A DNA stretch of 64,000 nt from the NCBI GenBank assembly GCA_034669905.1, contig JAXMOL010000034.1, positions 21,716-85,715 of the forward strand. Reading direction: 5' to 3'. The stretch comes from Candidatus Hydrogenedentota bacterium (GTDB lineage: Bacteria; Hydrogenedentota; Hydrogenedentia; Hydrogenedentales; JAEUWI01). The notes under the pieces were generated by a model. That model was not told where the DNA came from, ran no database searches, and worked only from the letters and a program-made list of their open reading frames with translations. Position numbers and translations under genes: made by a program. Of this stretch, positions 20,301 to 30,015 are shown one piece after another (position 1 is the first letter of the stretch; each line of letters starts with the position of its first letter).

Positions 20301-20659
20301 TCCCCCTCCATGCTACCGGAGTCGAAGGGGAATACGTGGCCGGCATCCGATTCAAAGCCTGGCAATTACCCAATGGGCTCCATCCCACGGTTCCGACCCA
20401 TGTCCCCCTGGTTTTTGACCTGGTCGATACCTGGCAGGATATGTCCCTGGGTGGGTGTACCTATTGGCCAGCCCATCCCGGCGGCCGAAGTTATGAGACG
20501 TACCCCGTGAATGCCAATGAAGCGGAATCCCGCCGGGAATCGCGCTTCAGTCCTATCGGGCATACACCGGGTGAAATGACGGTTCGTCCCGCTGCAAAAG
20601 ACAGGGAGCATCCCTGGACCTTGGATTTGCGACGGGTGCCGATTACGGAGGGCTCGTAG
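17366..20659 (+). CDS. Transglutaminase domain fused to DUF2126 putative amidoligase
   Basis: IALHHRTCYEY, GSCRDSAW, DLHAWAEV, LTMGGEPTFV, PDPGVIEVN, GNTHRAEFCIDK; start reassigned to ATG 17366. Confidence 0.92.
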   Translation: MGVRIALHHRTCYEYDRLVRLAPHVVRLRPAPHCRTAVNSYALKVQPRDHFLNWQQDPHGNYLARLVFQEPADSLIVDVDLVAELSVFNPFDFFLEDDACFFPFQYDPATLKDLAPYLVVEAPQAQLRRYLASIPRTKQPVMDFVVAIIDKLSKDVHYNVRMEPGVQTCEETLTAGSGSCRDSAWLLVQILRNLGMAARFVSGYLIQLVPDEAPLDGPAGPTQDFTDLHAWAEVYLPGAGWVGLDPTSGLLAGEGHLPLASTPDPVSAAPISGATDRAETQFTFDMSVRRVFESPRVTKPFSNRQWEAIELLGFRVDQKMEAQGIGLTMGGEPTFVSAVDRESAAWHTDAMSDTKYNLAHKLFERLVKKFTQQPLLHMGQGKWYPGEPIPRWSMDAFWSVNGAPLWRDARWLANPLRDYGMEIDDAKVFGAHLAALLGVAADNLCPAYEDTFYYLWKERRLPIGTDPLDSKLEDPLERNRLARIFERGLDSVTGYVLPLEATHLGDDVRWKSTSWSVRSERLYLLPGDSAMGYRLPLDSLPWEPEERRRTVLERDPMATPPGGAEVPFVIQEHDGALPTLAPHPDDDGSAGYVRTALCLEARDGRLHVFMPPVSRSEDYFTLVRAVENTASALECAVIIEGYTPPHDPRVRRFSVQPDPGVIEVNIHPAHNWEELRFITTTLYEEARQCRLSAEKFGLDGRASGTGGGCHMVLGAATPQESPFLRRPDLLRSMLAFWNNHPSLSYLFSGTFIGPTSQAPRIDEARNDAVGELEIAFANLSNEENPPPWLVDRTFRNILVDITGNTHRAEFCIDKLFSPDSATGRLGLLELRAFEMAPHPRMNLLQQLLIRALVAAFWKSPYDFPLVRWNTSLHDRHVLPYYVWQDFQDVLENLRRQNIAFDSAWFGPQFEFRFPHYGEVTYAGVRMELRGALEPWHVLGEQPGPGGTARFVDSSLDRVQLLVQGLVDRRHVVACNGIEVPLHATGVEGEYVAGIRFKAWQLPNGLHPTVPTHVPLVFDLVDTWQDMSLGGCTYWPAHPGGRSYETYPVNANEAESRRESRFSPIGHTPGEMTVRPAAKDREHPWTLDLRRVPITEGS

Positions 20660-20742
20660 AAAGCACGTGGTATGTAGTCGGGGTGCAATTGTGTGCGCTG
20701 CCGGGGCTGCCCCGGTGGCAAGTCAACGAAGAGGATTGAATC

Positions 20743-22179
20743 ATGATGATTCTCGATGTGTACGAGACCGAAGGTTTTTTTGATGAAATGCTGGATGACG
20801 GCGGCGCGCCTCGCTCCGGTATGACCAACATTGTGGAGAAGCTGGTTTCTATCAGCCAGGAGGAGATGACGAAGCAACAGGCATCCGCCGAGCGTACCCT
20901 CCGCGAAATGGGGATTACCTTTACCCTGAAGACAGAAGATGGGAATACAGAACGGATATTTCCTTTTGACCTCATCCCTCGGATAATTTCCGCAAAAGAA
21001 TGGGCGTGGATTGATCGCGGCTTGAAGCAGCGTATTTTCGCCCTCAACGCCTTTCTTCAGGACATCTACAATGAGCAGCGGATCCTGAAAGACAAGGTGA
21101 TTCCCGCTGAGCTTGTCCACTCCTCCCCCGGCTTCCGCAGAGAATGTATCGGACTGAACCCGCCCCAGGGTATCTGGGCCCATGTGACCGGTACGGATCT
21201 GGTCCGTGACGCCGATGGACAAATCTATGTGCTCGAAGACAACGTTCGGTGTCCGTCGGGTGTTTCCTATGTGTTGGAAAACCGGGACATCATGAAGCGC
21301 ACCCTCCCCCACTTTTTTGATGTGGGCAAGGTGTGTCCGGTGGAAGAGTATCCCAGCAAGCTTCTGGAAATGCTGCTTCACCTGGTGCCCGAAGGTGTCG
21401 AGCGTCCCACGGTGGCCGTCTTGACCCCGGGTATTTTTAATAGCGCCTACTATGAGCATTCCTTCCTGGCCCACCAGATGGGCGTGGAACTGGTCGAAGG
21501 CCGTGACCTCGTGGTCATGGATGGCTATGTGAAGACCCGTACGACCTGTGGCTTCAAACGGGTGGACGTGATATATCGTCGTATCGATGATGATTTTATC
21601 GATCCTTTGTGCTTTCGTCCGGATTCTGTGTTGGGAGTTCCAGGGCTGATGGAAGTGTATCAGCAGGGACGTGTGGCACTGGCCAATGCGCCGGGCACCG
21701 GCGTGGCTGATGATAAAGTCATCTACGCGTACGTTCCCGACTTTATCCGCTACTACCTGGGCGAAGAGCCTATTATTCCCAACGTGCCCACCTACCTGTG
21801 TGAAAATCCCAAGGACCTGGGCTATGTCTGTGAAAACCTTGAGCACCTGGTGGTGAAACCTGCGAATGAGTCCGGGGGCGCCGGCATTCTCGTGGGGCCC
21901 CACGTTTCCCGGGGGGAGCGGGACGCGTATCGGGAACAGATCAAGCGCAATCCCCGAAATTTTATTGCCCAGCCGACCCTGAGTCTTTCGCGGGTACCCA
22001 CCCTGTGCGAGGCAGGCTTTGAGGGCCGTCATGTCGATTTGCGACCCTATGCCCTCTATGGAAAAGAGCAATACATTCTGCCCGGGGCCCTTACACGGGT
22101 AGCCCTCACCAAGGGTTCCCTGATTGTGAACTCTTCCCAAGGGGGAGGTAGCAAAGATACGTGGGTTTTGGCCGAGTAA
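20743..22179 (+). CDS. Circularly permuted type 2 ATP-grasp protein
   Basis: [56 protein letters not shown]. Confidence 0.95.
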   Translation: MMILDVYETEGFFDEMLDDGGAPRSGMTNIVEKLVSISQEEMTKQQASAERTLREMGITFTLKTEDGNTERIFPFDLIPRIISAKEWAWIDRGLKQRIFALNAFLQDIYNEQRILKDKVIPAELVHSSPGFRRECIGLNPPQGIWAHVTGTDLVRDADGQIYVLEDNVRCPSGVSYVLENRDIMKRTLPHFFDVGKVCPVEEYPSKLLEMLLHLVPEGVERPTVAVLTPGIFNSAYYEHSFLAHQMGVELVEGRDLVVMDGYVKTRTTCGFKRVDVIYRRIDDDFIDPLCFRPDSVLGVPGLMEVYQQGRVALANAPGTGVADDKVIYAYVPDFIRYYLGEEPIIPNVPTYLCENPKDLGYVCENLEHLVVKPANESGGAGILVGPHVSRGERDAYREQIKRNPRNFIAQPTLSLSRVPTLCEAGFEGRHVDLRPYALYGKEQYILPGALTRVALTKGSLIVNSSQGGGSKDTWVLAE

Positions 22180-22199
22180 CCTTACCGGGAAGAAGTCTT

Positions 22200-23192
22200 A
22201 TGTTGAGTCGTGTCGCAGAATCAATCTATTGGATGTGTCGCTATATCGAGCGTGCCGAAAACGTGGCCCGGATCTTGAAAGTGAATTGGCACCTGACCCT
22301 TGATGCCTCCTCGGAGCCTCAGTGGCACCCACTGATAAGTATCATGGCCGACGAGATCTACTTCCAGGAACACTATCCGGAAGTGACCCAGGCCAACGTC
22401 ATGCGCTTCCTCGCGTTCGACCGGGAATATCCCAACAGTATCTACAATTGCCTCCGGCAGGCCCGGGAAAACGCCCGCTCTATTCGGGAAGCCATCCCCA
22501 CCGATGTCTGGGAGCAGGTGAACGTCTTCTTTCACGAGGTGGAACGGGCCACCCAGAGTAACGCGGTCTTAGAGGCCCCCCACGAATTCCTGGGGATGGT
22601 CGTCAAAGGGAGTAGTGAATTCATCGGTCGAAGCTACACCACCATGATGCATGACGAGGGATGGCACTTTGCCCGCATTGCCCGCATGTTGGAACGGGCC
22701 GACAAGACCTCGCGCATTCTCGATGTGAAGTACTTTTATTTGCTGCCGAAGGCCGAAGACGTTGGGACTTCGTTGGACAATATCCAGTGGCAAGCCCTCT
22801 TGCGCAGCGCCAGCGCCCTTCAGGCCTATCGACAGATTCATGGCCCCATCGCACCGGCAAACGTTGTAGAATTGCTCTTACTCGGCTATGGCTTTCCCCG
22901 ATCGGTTAAGTTTTGCGTGGACCGGCTGCAACACTCGATTGCCTTTGTCTCCGGGTCGCCACCGGGACTCTATACCAACGAGGCAGAGCGTCATTGCGAT
23001 CAGCTGCGTTCGCAACTCGCATGCGCCCGGGTAGACAGTATCATCGAGGCGGGCCTTCACGAGTTCGTAGATTCTCTTCAGGTCCAGCTGAACCAGGTTG
23101 GTGTCTGCGTTCAGTCCCAGTTTTTTGATTTCAGGGATGTCTCCCTTCCAGAAAAAGGATCGCCGGCAACGCCGCAGGTGCAACTCCAATAG
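22200..23192 (+). CDS. Alpha-E domain protein (DUF403)
   Basis: MLSRVAESIYWMCRYIERAEN, ARENAR, LERADKTSRILDVKY; start reassigned to 22200. Confidence 0.93.
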   Translation: MLSRVAESIYWMCRYIERAENVARILKVNWHLTLDASSEPQWHPLISIMADEIYFQEHYPEVTQANVMRFLAFDREYPNSIYNCLRQARENARSIREAIPTDVWEQVNVFFHEVERATQSNAVLEAPHEFLGMVVKGSSEFIGRSYTTMMHDEGWHFARIARMLERADKTSRILDVKYFYLLPKAEDVGTSLDNIQWQALLRSASALQAYRQIHGPIAPANVVELLLLGYGFPRSVKFCVDRLQHSIAFVSGSPPGLYTNEAERHCDQLRSQLACARVDSIIEAGLHEFVDSLQVQLNQVGVCVQSQFFDFRDVSLPEKGSPATPQVQLQ

Positions 23193-23227
23193 AAAAGGCG
23201 GAGAGACTACCGAAGTAGCTCTCCGCC
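23193..23227 (-). terminator. Rho-independent terminator between convergent genes
   Basis: GGCGGAGAG/CTCTCCGCC stem with inner CTAC/GTAG; T4 follows on the minus strand. Confidence 0.75.
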
Positions 23228-23255
23228 GAAAACACGTTGTACTTATATCGTGCGC

Positions 23256-24155
23256 CTAGAAGTTGCCAACCAGGGCAGCCCAGGCACGGGTCGCCGGATA
23301 CACCGACGTGTATTTGTTGAATGCAACGTGTCCGTCCATGTAGAGCGCGTTCGCACCACCGGGGAGGTGATTGAAATCACCCGGGTCGGTTTCGATGCCA
23401 TCATACTGCAGCACGACCTGGCTCTGGGCCTTCGCGGAAGCGGCAGGATTGTTGATGTCGGTGATCAGAAAGCGCTCGATACCTTCGCGGTTCGCGAGGA
23501 AGGTACGGTCGCGGCCATCGGAACCGGTCCATTCAAGATTCTTCTTGGCCTCTTCGGCAGCCTCTTCAACCGTTGCGGCACCATTTACCGCACCGACAAA
23601 GGCGAGCAACGCGCCCACAAAGGCGACGTCTACATAGGCACCAAACACGTTGGCCTGCGTAATGGCCCCATCATTGGAATCAACGCCGGGCATCAGAATC
23701 TCGGACTCGTCAATTGCCCAGCCGTTGTAAATGTAGGACAGGGTGTCCACGCGGCAGGGGTTTACCGGTCCCGCTTCGTCACCCAATTCGTTCCAACGGC
23801 CATTTACGTAGCGGTCCACGCCGTCCGCATCTGAGGGGCACACGTTGACGGCAAGATCGGTGAGGTATTCGGGGTACAGGGAGCTACCCTGCCACATGAA
23901 GTCGAGACCGATGTCATCACAGGAACCCGCGACCGCCCCTTCATCCGCATATTTTGGGGGAGGAAACGCTTCGCCTTCGGATTCGTTGGCATACATCTTG
24001 AACGAAATGCCCAGCTGTTTCAGGTTGTTCTGGCAACTTGCCCGACGGGCTGCTTCACGGGCGCGCGCCAGCGCGGGAAGCAGGATAGCCGCCAGGATAC
24101 CGATGATGGCAATGACCACCAGCAGTTCTATGAGGGTGAAACCACGTTTCTTCAT
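23256..24155 (-). CDS. Prepilin-type N-terminal cleavage/methylation, DUF1559, H-X9-DG domain protein (paralog 1)
   Basis: [44 protein letters not shown]; start reassigned to ATG 24155. Confidence 0.92.
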   Translation of the reverse strand: MKKRGFTLIELLVVIAIIGILAAILLPALARAREAARRASCQNNLKQLGISFKMYANESEGEAFPPPKYADEGAVAGSCDDIGLDFMWQGSSLYPEYLTDLAVNVCPSDADGVDRYVNGRWNELGDEAGPVNPCRVDTLSYIYNGWAIDESEILMPGVDSNDGAITQANVFGAYVDVAFVGALLAFVGAVNGAATVEEAAEEAKKNLEWTGSDGRDRTFLANREGIERFLITDINNPAASAKAQSQVVLQYDGIETDPGDFNHLPGGANALYMDGHVAFNKYTSVYPATRAWAALVGNF

Positions 24156-24227
24156 GATAGATAAATCCTCTTCATTTGATGATTGCGATTCCAGAAACAC
24201 GCCTTCCATTTGTCAGCAATACTTCAC

Positions 24228-24276
24228 GCGCTCGATGGCACGTACTCAGAAAGACCTCCAGCAGTCTGAGCCTCGG
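24228..24276 (-). promoter_or_regulatory. Candidate cis-regulatory leader motif, copy 1
   Basis: CUCAGA/UCUGAG stem, loop containing CUGGAGGUC, followed by GCCAUCGAGCGC. Confidence 0.5.
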
Positions 24277-24581
24277 TGAACCATTGTTTGAGTAGAACAC
24301 TATGAATTCTGTTATGAATGGTGGCACAGTTTCCGTGGACTGTCAAGAGGATACGCGATCGTTCTAGGAAGTATATTCACGAAATATACAAGACTTTATC
24401 ATTATGCGTACTATGTGGGCGAGATTGTTTCATAATGGGAATCCAGCGGCAAGCTACGCTTGAGGTGTACCGCGTTGCTGCTGCGAAGGGGCACGGGCGG
24501 TCGGTGCGTCACTCGGGCGCACGTGTGCGGGCGGAGTCTATGGTGTTCCAATGGTATTTCTGCTCATGGCCCCCGCCCCTC

Positions 24582-24620
24582 AAAAAAAACGGAGAGACTG
24601 CCTGGGGCAGCTCTCCGTTT
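24582..24620 (-). terminator. Rho-independent terminator of paralog 2
   Basis: CGGAGAG/CTCTCCG stem with inner CTGCC/GGCAG; T8 follows on the minus strand. Confidence 0.85.
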
Positions 24621-24653
24621 GTGATCGGGAATAGAAAGTGAAAGTGTCGGGGA

Positions 24654-25556
24654 CTAGAAGTTACTGACCAATGCCGCCCAGGCCCGGCTGGCGGGGAAAT
24701 CGGTACCTAACTTCAAGAAGGAGACGTGTCCATCCATGTAGAGCGCATTGGCACCACCGGGAATGTGGTTGAAGTCGCTGGGATCGGTTTCTACCCCGTC
24801 GTACTGCAGGACGATATTGCTCTGGGCCTTGGCGGAAGCGCCGGGGTTGTTGATATCGGTGATGAGGAAACGTTCCACCCCTTCGCGAACGGCCGAGAAG
24901 GTATGGTCAACGCCATCGGAACCCGTCCAGGAGAGGTCCTCGGAAGCGAGCCGGCGGGCTTCATCCACCGTGGCCGCACTGCTGACATCGGTCACGAAGT
25001 CGGTCAGGGCGACGACGAAAGCGACATCGATATAGGCGCCGATGACGGTGGCTTGGGTGATGCCGCCATCATTGGCATCCACGCCAGGCATCATGATTTG
25101 ATCCTGATCCATGGCCCAGCCATTGTAAATGTAGGAGAGCGTGCTGATACGGCAGGGGTTGATGGGGAGGTCGATATCGCCCGCCTGATTCCAGACCCCG
25201 TCATCCAGTCGCGCAGCGCCGTCGGCATCGGAAGGACACACATTGACGGAGACATCGTTCAGATATTCCGGGTAGAGCAAGTGGCCCTGCCACATGAAGT
25301 CGACTCCAATGTCATCACAGGATCCGGGAATGGCGCTGTCTTCGCCGGCATAGTGGGGCGGCGGAAAGGCTTCGCCCTCGGATTCATTGGCGTACATTTT
25401 GAAGGCGAGGCCCATCTGCTTCAGGTTGTTCTGGCAGCTTGCGCGGCGGGCGGCTTCCCGGGCCCGGGCGAGGGCCGGAAGCAGGATGGCGGCGAGAATA
25501 CCGATGATGGCAATGACGACGAGGAGTTCGATAAGCGTAAAACCACGTTTTTTCAC
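24654..25556 (-). CDS. Prepilin-type/DUF1559/H-X9-DG protein (paralog 2)
   Basis: Same motifs as paralog 1 and collinear with it; GTG start with AAGGA RBS. Confidence 0.92.
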   Translation of the reverse strand: MKKRGFTLIELLVVIAIIGILAAILLPALARAREAARRASCQNNLKQMGLAFKMYANESEGEAFPPPHYAGEDSAIPGSCDDIGVDFMWQGHLLYPEYLNDVSVNVCPSDADGAARLDDGVWNQAGDIDLPINPCRISTLSYIYNGWAMDQDQIMMPGVDANDGGITQATVIGAYIDVAFVVALTDFVTDVSSAATVDEARRLASEDLSWTGSDGVDHTFSAVREGVERFLITDINNPGASAKAQSNIVLQYDGVETDPSDFNHIPGGANALYMDGHVSFLKLGTDFPASRAWAALVSNF

Positions 25557-25610
25557 GAGAAAATTCCTTGTACTGCAAAATAAGGTCAGGGGAATGATTG
25601 GATAATTTAA

Positions 25611-25663
25611 GCGCTCGATGGCGTAACGTCCTCGGACCTCCAGTTACGAGGACAGTGCTTCGG
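25611..25663 (-). promoter_or_regulatory. Candidate cis-regulatory leader motif, copy 2
   Basis: GUCCUCG/CGAGGAC stem, loop UAACUGGAGGUC, followed by GCCAUCGAGCGC. Confidence 0.5.
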
Positions 25664-26123
25664 TTGATAGATTGTATTTGGGACGTTGTGAGAAGAATGT
25701 TCTCATAAAATAGGAACTTAGTCAAGGCCCAATTTTGAGAGAATATCTTGCTATACGGCGTAGTATACCGGGAAACAATGGGGGGAATTCAATAAATAAT
25801 ATGTAATATGAGTTATTTGAGTAATCGCTGAGCATGTCCATTTTGGGAGGTGTTTTAGGTGTGCTGTTGCGTAAGTACGTAAAGGTAGCGTGGCGTAAAA
25901 GGGGATATCTGTGTGGGTAAGCGTGTGGAATGTGGATGCTACGCCATTGATGGCGAAATGGCCAATCCCTACTCTCCGTCGGCACCGGGGCAGCTCCCGG
26001 TGTCTATTGTGGAACCAAGTTGCCGCTGTCGGCCAGCGACCCGGTACGAGGGTGAGGAGATGAACCGGAACAGGCAGCGTCAGCCGCAGGACGTCGCAGG
26101 GATTCTTTCGGCCTCCCCCAACG

Positions 26124-26132
26124 TGTTATAAT
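26124..26132 (+). promoter_or_regulatory. Extended -10 promoter element for lipA
   Basis: TGTTATAAT about 50 bp upstream of the lipA ATG. Confidence 0.5.
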
Positions 26133-26179
26133 CCCCGAAGTTTTGACGGGTAATCCCATTTTCAAACTGAAGATTTCTT

Positions 26180-27094
26180 ATGACCACTACCAAAGACTCC
26201 CCAAAAACGTTTCCCGATTGGATTCGACAGCCGTGGCCTTCAGGCGAGGTGTTTCAGGAGGTCAAATCCCTTCTGGGAGATCTAAAACTCCACTCGGTCT
26301 GCCAGAGTGCCCACTGCCCCAACCAGTCGGAGTGCTGGGGCCGCAAGACGGCAACCTTTATGGTCATGGGTAACACCTGTACCCGCCATTGTACCTATTG
26401 CGCCGTCAACAGCGGGAAACCCGGCGAACTTGATCGGGATGAGCCGGAGCACATTGCCGAAGCCGTTCGGCGCCTGGGCTTGAAGCACACGGTGATAACC
26501 TCCGTGACCCGCGATGATTTGCCTGACGGCGGCGCACAGCACATTGCCGACACGATCTATGCCATCAAACGGGTCATGCGGGAGACGACGGTCGAGGTAC
26601 TGGTTCAGGACTTCGACGGCAAGCGGGAAGATATCGCGATGGTGCAGGCGGCACAGCCGGAAATCTTCAGTCACAATATTGAGACCGTGGCCAGTGTCTT
26701 TTCCCGTATCCGTGATCGCCGTTTTACCTACGACCAGTCGCTGGAAGTGCTTCGAACGGCCCGGGAACTGAGTGAGGGGCATTTCATCAAGTCCGCCTTC
26801 ATGCTGGGATGCGGTGAAACGGAAGCGGAAATCCGGGAGACCCTGGTCGACCTGAAGGAAGCGGGCTGTGATTCCGTGAGTATCGGTCAGTACCTCCAGC
26901 CCACGCCGAAACACCACGCGGTGGCCGCCTACATTCGCCCGGAGAAATTTAAGGAGTACGAAGCGATGGCCTATGAAATCGGCTTTGGTTTTGCCGTGGC
27001 GGGCCCCTTCGTACGTAGTTCCTATCGTTCTGAAGCCCTGTTGGAATCCGAGTACGCGGTGCAGCATCGCAACGCCCGCTCGGCGAGGAGTTAA
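26180..27094 (+). CDS. lipA: Lipoyl synthase
   Basis: VCQSAHCPNQSEC, CTRHCTYC radical SAM motif, VRSSY. Confidence 0.96.
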   Translation: MTTTKDSPKTFPDWIRQPWPSGEVFQEVKSLLGDLKLHSVCQSAHCPNQSECWGRKTATFMVMGNTCTRHCTYCAVNSGKPGELDRDEPEHIAEAVRRLGLKHTVITSVTRDDLPDGGAQHIADTIYAIKRVMRETTVEVLVQDFDGKREDIAMVQAAQPEIFSHNIETVASVFSRIRDRRFTYDQSLEVLRTARELSEGHFIKSAFMLGCGETEAEIRETLVDLKEAGCDSVSIGQYLQPTPKHHAVAAYIRPEKFKEYEAMAYEIGFGFAVAGPFVRSSYRSEALLESEYAVQHRNARSARS

Positions 27095-27099
27095 GTACT

Positions 27100-27342
27100 A
27101 TGCAGGTGGAAATCAGCTTGCCCAGCCTGGGTGACGACGACGATGCCGTAACAGGCGGCACCATTTCGGAGTGGTTGGTAAAAGAAGGTCCCGTTTCGGA
27201 GGGTGATGATCTGCTGGAACTGACGACGGATAAGGCGGCATTTGTGTTGCCCGCGCCACAAAACGGCACCCTGGTCGAACGTAAGGCTCAGGAAGGTGAC
27301 ACGGTCGCTGTAGGCGACGTAATATGCATCTTTGAGGTCTGA
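27100..27342 (+). CDS. Stand-alone lipoyl domain protein
   Basis: GTISEWLVKEG, ELTTDKA lipoyl-Lys motif; 80 aa with no catalytic domain. Confidence 0.88.
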   Translation: MQVEISLPSLGDDDDAVTGGTISEWLVKEGPVSEGDDLLELTTDKAAFVLPAPQNGTLVERKAQEGDTVAVGDVICIFEV

Positions 27343-27500
27343 TAGAAGACCGAATGCAATGCTACTTCAGGGTGGCACAGGCGTCCCGCCTGTGCAGTAC
27401 GCAGCCGGGACGGCTGTGCCACGCTTTTTGATATTGAATGCCTTGGTTACAAGGAACGGGCGGAAGAGACTCCCCCAGAGGTTGGCTGAAAGGATTTAGA

Positions 27501-28778
27501 ATGGCCTGCAAGGTTGGCGTAATTGGTGCCGGTACGGTTGGTGGTGGGGTGATCGAGACCCTGTTGTCAAACACCCAGGTGATCGCAGACAAGACGGGTA
27601 TGGAGGTCGTGCTCACCCATGTGGCGGATCTGAACCCGGAGTTGTTGAGCGACTTTGATCTCACGGGCGTGACGGTCAGCAACGACGCCAACGCGCTGAT
27701 TAGCGATCCCAATGTGGATGTGGTCTGCGAGCTCATTGGCGGCTATGAACCGGCCCGCACGTTTATTCTTGCCGCGCTGAATAATGGCAAGCACGTGGTG
27801 ACGGCCAACAAGATGCTGCTGGCCATGGCGGGCCCCGAGCTCAACGAAGCGGCCGTGAAGAATGGCGTGGACTTGCGCTACGAGGCATCGGTGGCGGGTA
27901 CCATTCCCATTATCAAGGCCATCCGTGAAAGCCTGGTTGCCAACAACATCGAGGCCGTCTACGGCATCCTGAACGGCACCTGCAACTACATTCTCACCCA
28001 CATGGAGTTGGAGAACCTGGAGTTCGATGACGCCCTCCAGCGTGCCGTTGCCCTGGGTTTTGCGGAAACGCCGCCCGATTTGGATATCGAAGGCCATGAC
28101 ACGGCCCACAAATGCCAGATTCTCGCGAGTCTCTGCTACAGTACGCCGGTCTCCCTGGACGATATCTACGTTGAAGGGGTCACGAAGATCAGCCATATTG
28201 ACGTGGCTTATGCCGCAGAAGTGGGCTATCAGATTAAGCTGCTCGCCGTGGTACGCCGCGTGGATGGTGAAATCGAGGCCCGTGTCCACCCCACGCTGGT
28301 GCCCAATGACCATCTGTTGGCGGCGGTGAAGTATGAGTTCAATGCGGTTTACGTAGAGACCGATATTGCGGATGCCACCCTCTATTACGGACGGGGTGCC
28401 GGCAAGCTTCCGACTGCCAGTGCGGTCGTCGCCGATGTGGTCGATATTGCCCGTCGCGGTGATGGTCCCGTAGAAGCCCCCTTCTGCTACAGTCACCAAT
28501 TGGCCTTGCGTGATAATGGCCTCATCGAAGGGCGCTATTATCTTCGCCTGGCGACGCAGAATCATCCGGGCGTGCTGGGGGCGGTCTGCTCGATTCTGGG
28601 CAATCATGATGTCAGTATTGCTTCCTGCATTCAAAATGCCGAAGCAGAGGGCATTCCGGCTCACGTGGTACTGATGACCCATGAAACCCGGGAATCCAAC
28701 GTCAAGGCAGCCCTGGCGGAAATTGATCGCAGTGATTTTGTTGATGAGCCTACCCACATGATTCGGGTTCTCGGCTGA
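27501..28778 (+). CDS. hom: Homoserine dehydrogenase with C-terminal ACT domain
   Basis: GAGTVG, VVTANK, YEASVAG, NGTCNYIL, GRGAG, PGVLG; start reassigned to 27501. Confidence 0.95.
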   Translation: MACKVGVIGAGTVGGGVIETLLSNTQVIADKTGMEVVLTHVADLNPELLSDFDLTGVTVSNDANALISDPNVDVVCELIGGYEPARTFILAALNNGKHVVTANKMLLAMAGPELNEAAVKNGVDLRYEASVAGTIPIIKAIRESLVANNIEAVYGILNGTCNYILTHMELENLEFDDALQRAVALGFAETPPDLDIEGHDTAHKCQILASLCYSTPVSLDDIYVEGVTKISHIDVAYAAEVGYQIKLLAVVRRVDGEIEARVHPTLVPNDHLLAAVKYEFNAVYVETDIADATLYYGRGAGKLPTASAVVADVVDIARRGDGPVEAPFCYSHQLALRDNGLIEGRYYLRLATQNHPGVLGAVCSILGNHDVSIASCIQNAEAEGIPAHVVLMTHETRESNVKAALAEIDRSDFVDEPTHMIRVLG

Positions 28779-28824
28779 GTAAAAAAATGACGGGGAATCC
28801 CCCGCGTTGAACGAAGGTAAATTC

Positions 28825-29919
28825 ATGCGCAACGAAGGTTTGATAAATCGCTACCGGGACTACATGCCCGTATCGGAAGACACCCGGATCATTACCCTGA
28901 GCGAAGGTTCCACTCCCCTCATCCCGGCTTATAATCTCAGCAAGGCCATCCACCCCAAGTTGGAAATATGGCTCAAGTATGAGGGATTGAATCCCACGGG
29001 GTCCTTCAAGGATCGCGGGATGACCATGGCCATCACCAAGGCAGTGGAAGAAGGCTACAAGGCCGTCATGTGTGCTTCGACGGGGAATACCTCGGCTTCT
29101 GCCGCCGCCTACGCGGCCCGTGCCGGTATTCGCTGTGCGGTACTCATTCCCGAAGGAAAAATCGCCCTGGGGAAACTTTCCCAGGCCATGATTCACGGCG
29201 CCAAGGTGATTCAGATTCGGGGGAACTTCGATGAGGCCCTCACCCAGGTCCGCAAGATTTGTGAAGACAACCCCATCGCCCTCGTGAATTCCGTCAATCC
29301 TTTCCGTATTGAGGGTCAGAAGTCCGGTGCCTTTGAAATCGTCGATGATTTCGACGGTGTTGCACCCGATTTCCAGGCCATGCCCGTCGGAAATGCCGGC
29401 AATATCTCAGCCTACTGGAAGGGGTATACGGAATACCACGCCGCCGGTAAGAGTAAGAATCGTCCGGTCATGTTGGGATTCCAGGCCGCCGGCTCGGCAC
29501 CCATTGTGTTGGGTCATCCTGTTGCCCAGCCCCAGACCTTTGCGACGGCCATTCGCATCGGGAATCCGGCGAGCTGGAAGACGGCCGAAGCGGCGCGAGA
29601 CGAGTCGGGCGGTTTGATCGATATGGTCACCGACGATGAGATTCGGGCTGCCTACCAGAAGCTGGCCGCGACGGAAGGGGTCTTCTGTGAACCCGCCAGT
29701 GCTTCGGGAGTCGCGGGACTTATCAAGCTGTCGGCGGCGGGATACTTTGACGATAAGACGCCCGCCTATAGCGACAAGATTCGGGTGACTTGCATTCTGA
29801 CGGGTCACGGCCTGAAAGATCCCGATAGCGCCATCGCCTCGGCCGAGGAGACGGTAACAGTCGATAACGATGAAGCTAAAATACTCGAGGCAATCGGCCT
29901 GGAAACGGTTGGCGCCTGA
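28825..29919 (+). CDS. thrC: Threonine synthase
   Basis: NPTGSFKDRGM, CASTGNTS, PVGNAGN, TGHGLKDP. Confidence 0.95.
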   Translation: MRNEGLINRYRDYMPVSEDTRIITLSEGSTPLIPAYNLSKAIHPKLEIWLKYEGLNPTGSFKDRGMTMAITKAVEEGYKAVMCASTGNTSASAAAYAARAGIRCAVLIPEGKIALGKLSQAMIHGAKVIQIRGNFDEALTQVRKICEDNPIALVNSVNPFRIEGQKSGAFEIVDDFDGVAPDFQAMPVGNAGNISAYWKGYTEYHAAGKSKNRPVMLGFQAAGSAPIVLGHPVAQPQTFATAIRIGNPASWKTAEAARDESGGLIDMVTDDEIRAAYQKLAATEGVFCEPASASGVAGLIKLSAAGYFDDKTPAYSDKIRVTCILTGHGLKDPDSAIASAEETVTVDNDEAKILEAIGLETVGA

Positions 29920-30015
29920 TTTCGAATTCCCCTTCCCCCCTGTCCCGACGTTGTGGACCGGGGGGCGAGGGTCTCCCCCATTCAGCAGAAAATATCCCAG
30001 GAGTGTCCTTCTATT

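Noticed and set aside
24322..24337. TGGCAC as a possible sigma54 site
   Set aside because: No TTGC at the -12 position and it faces away from the nearby gene
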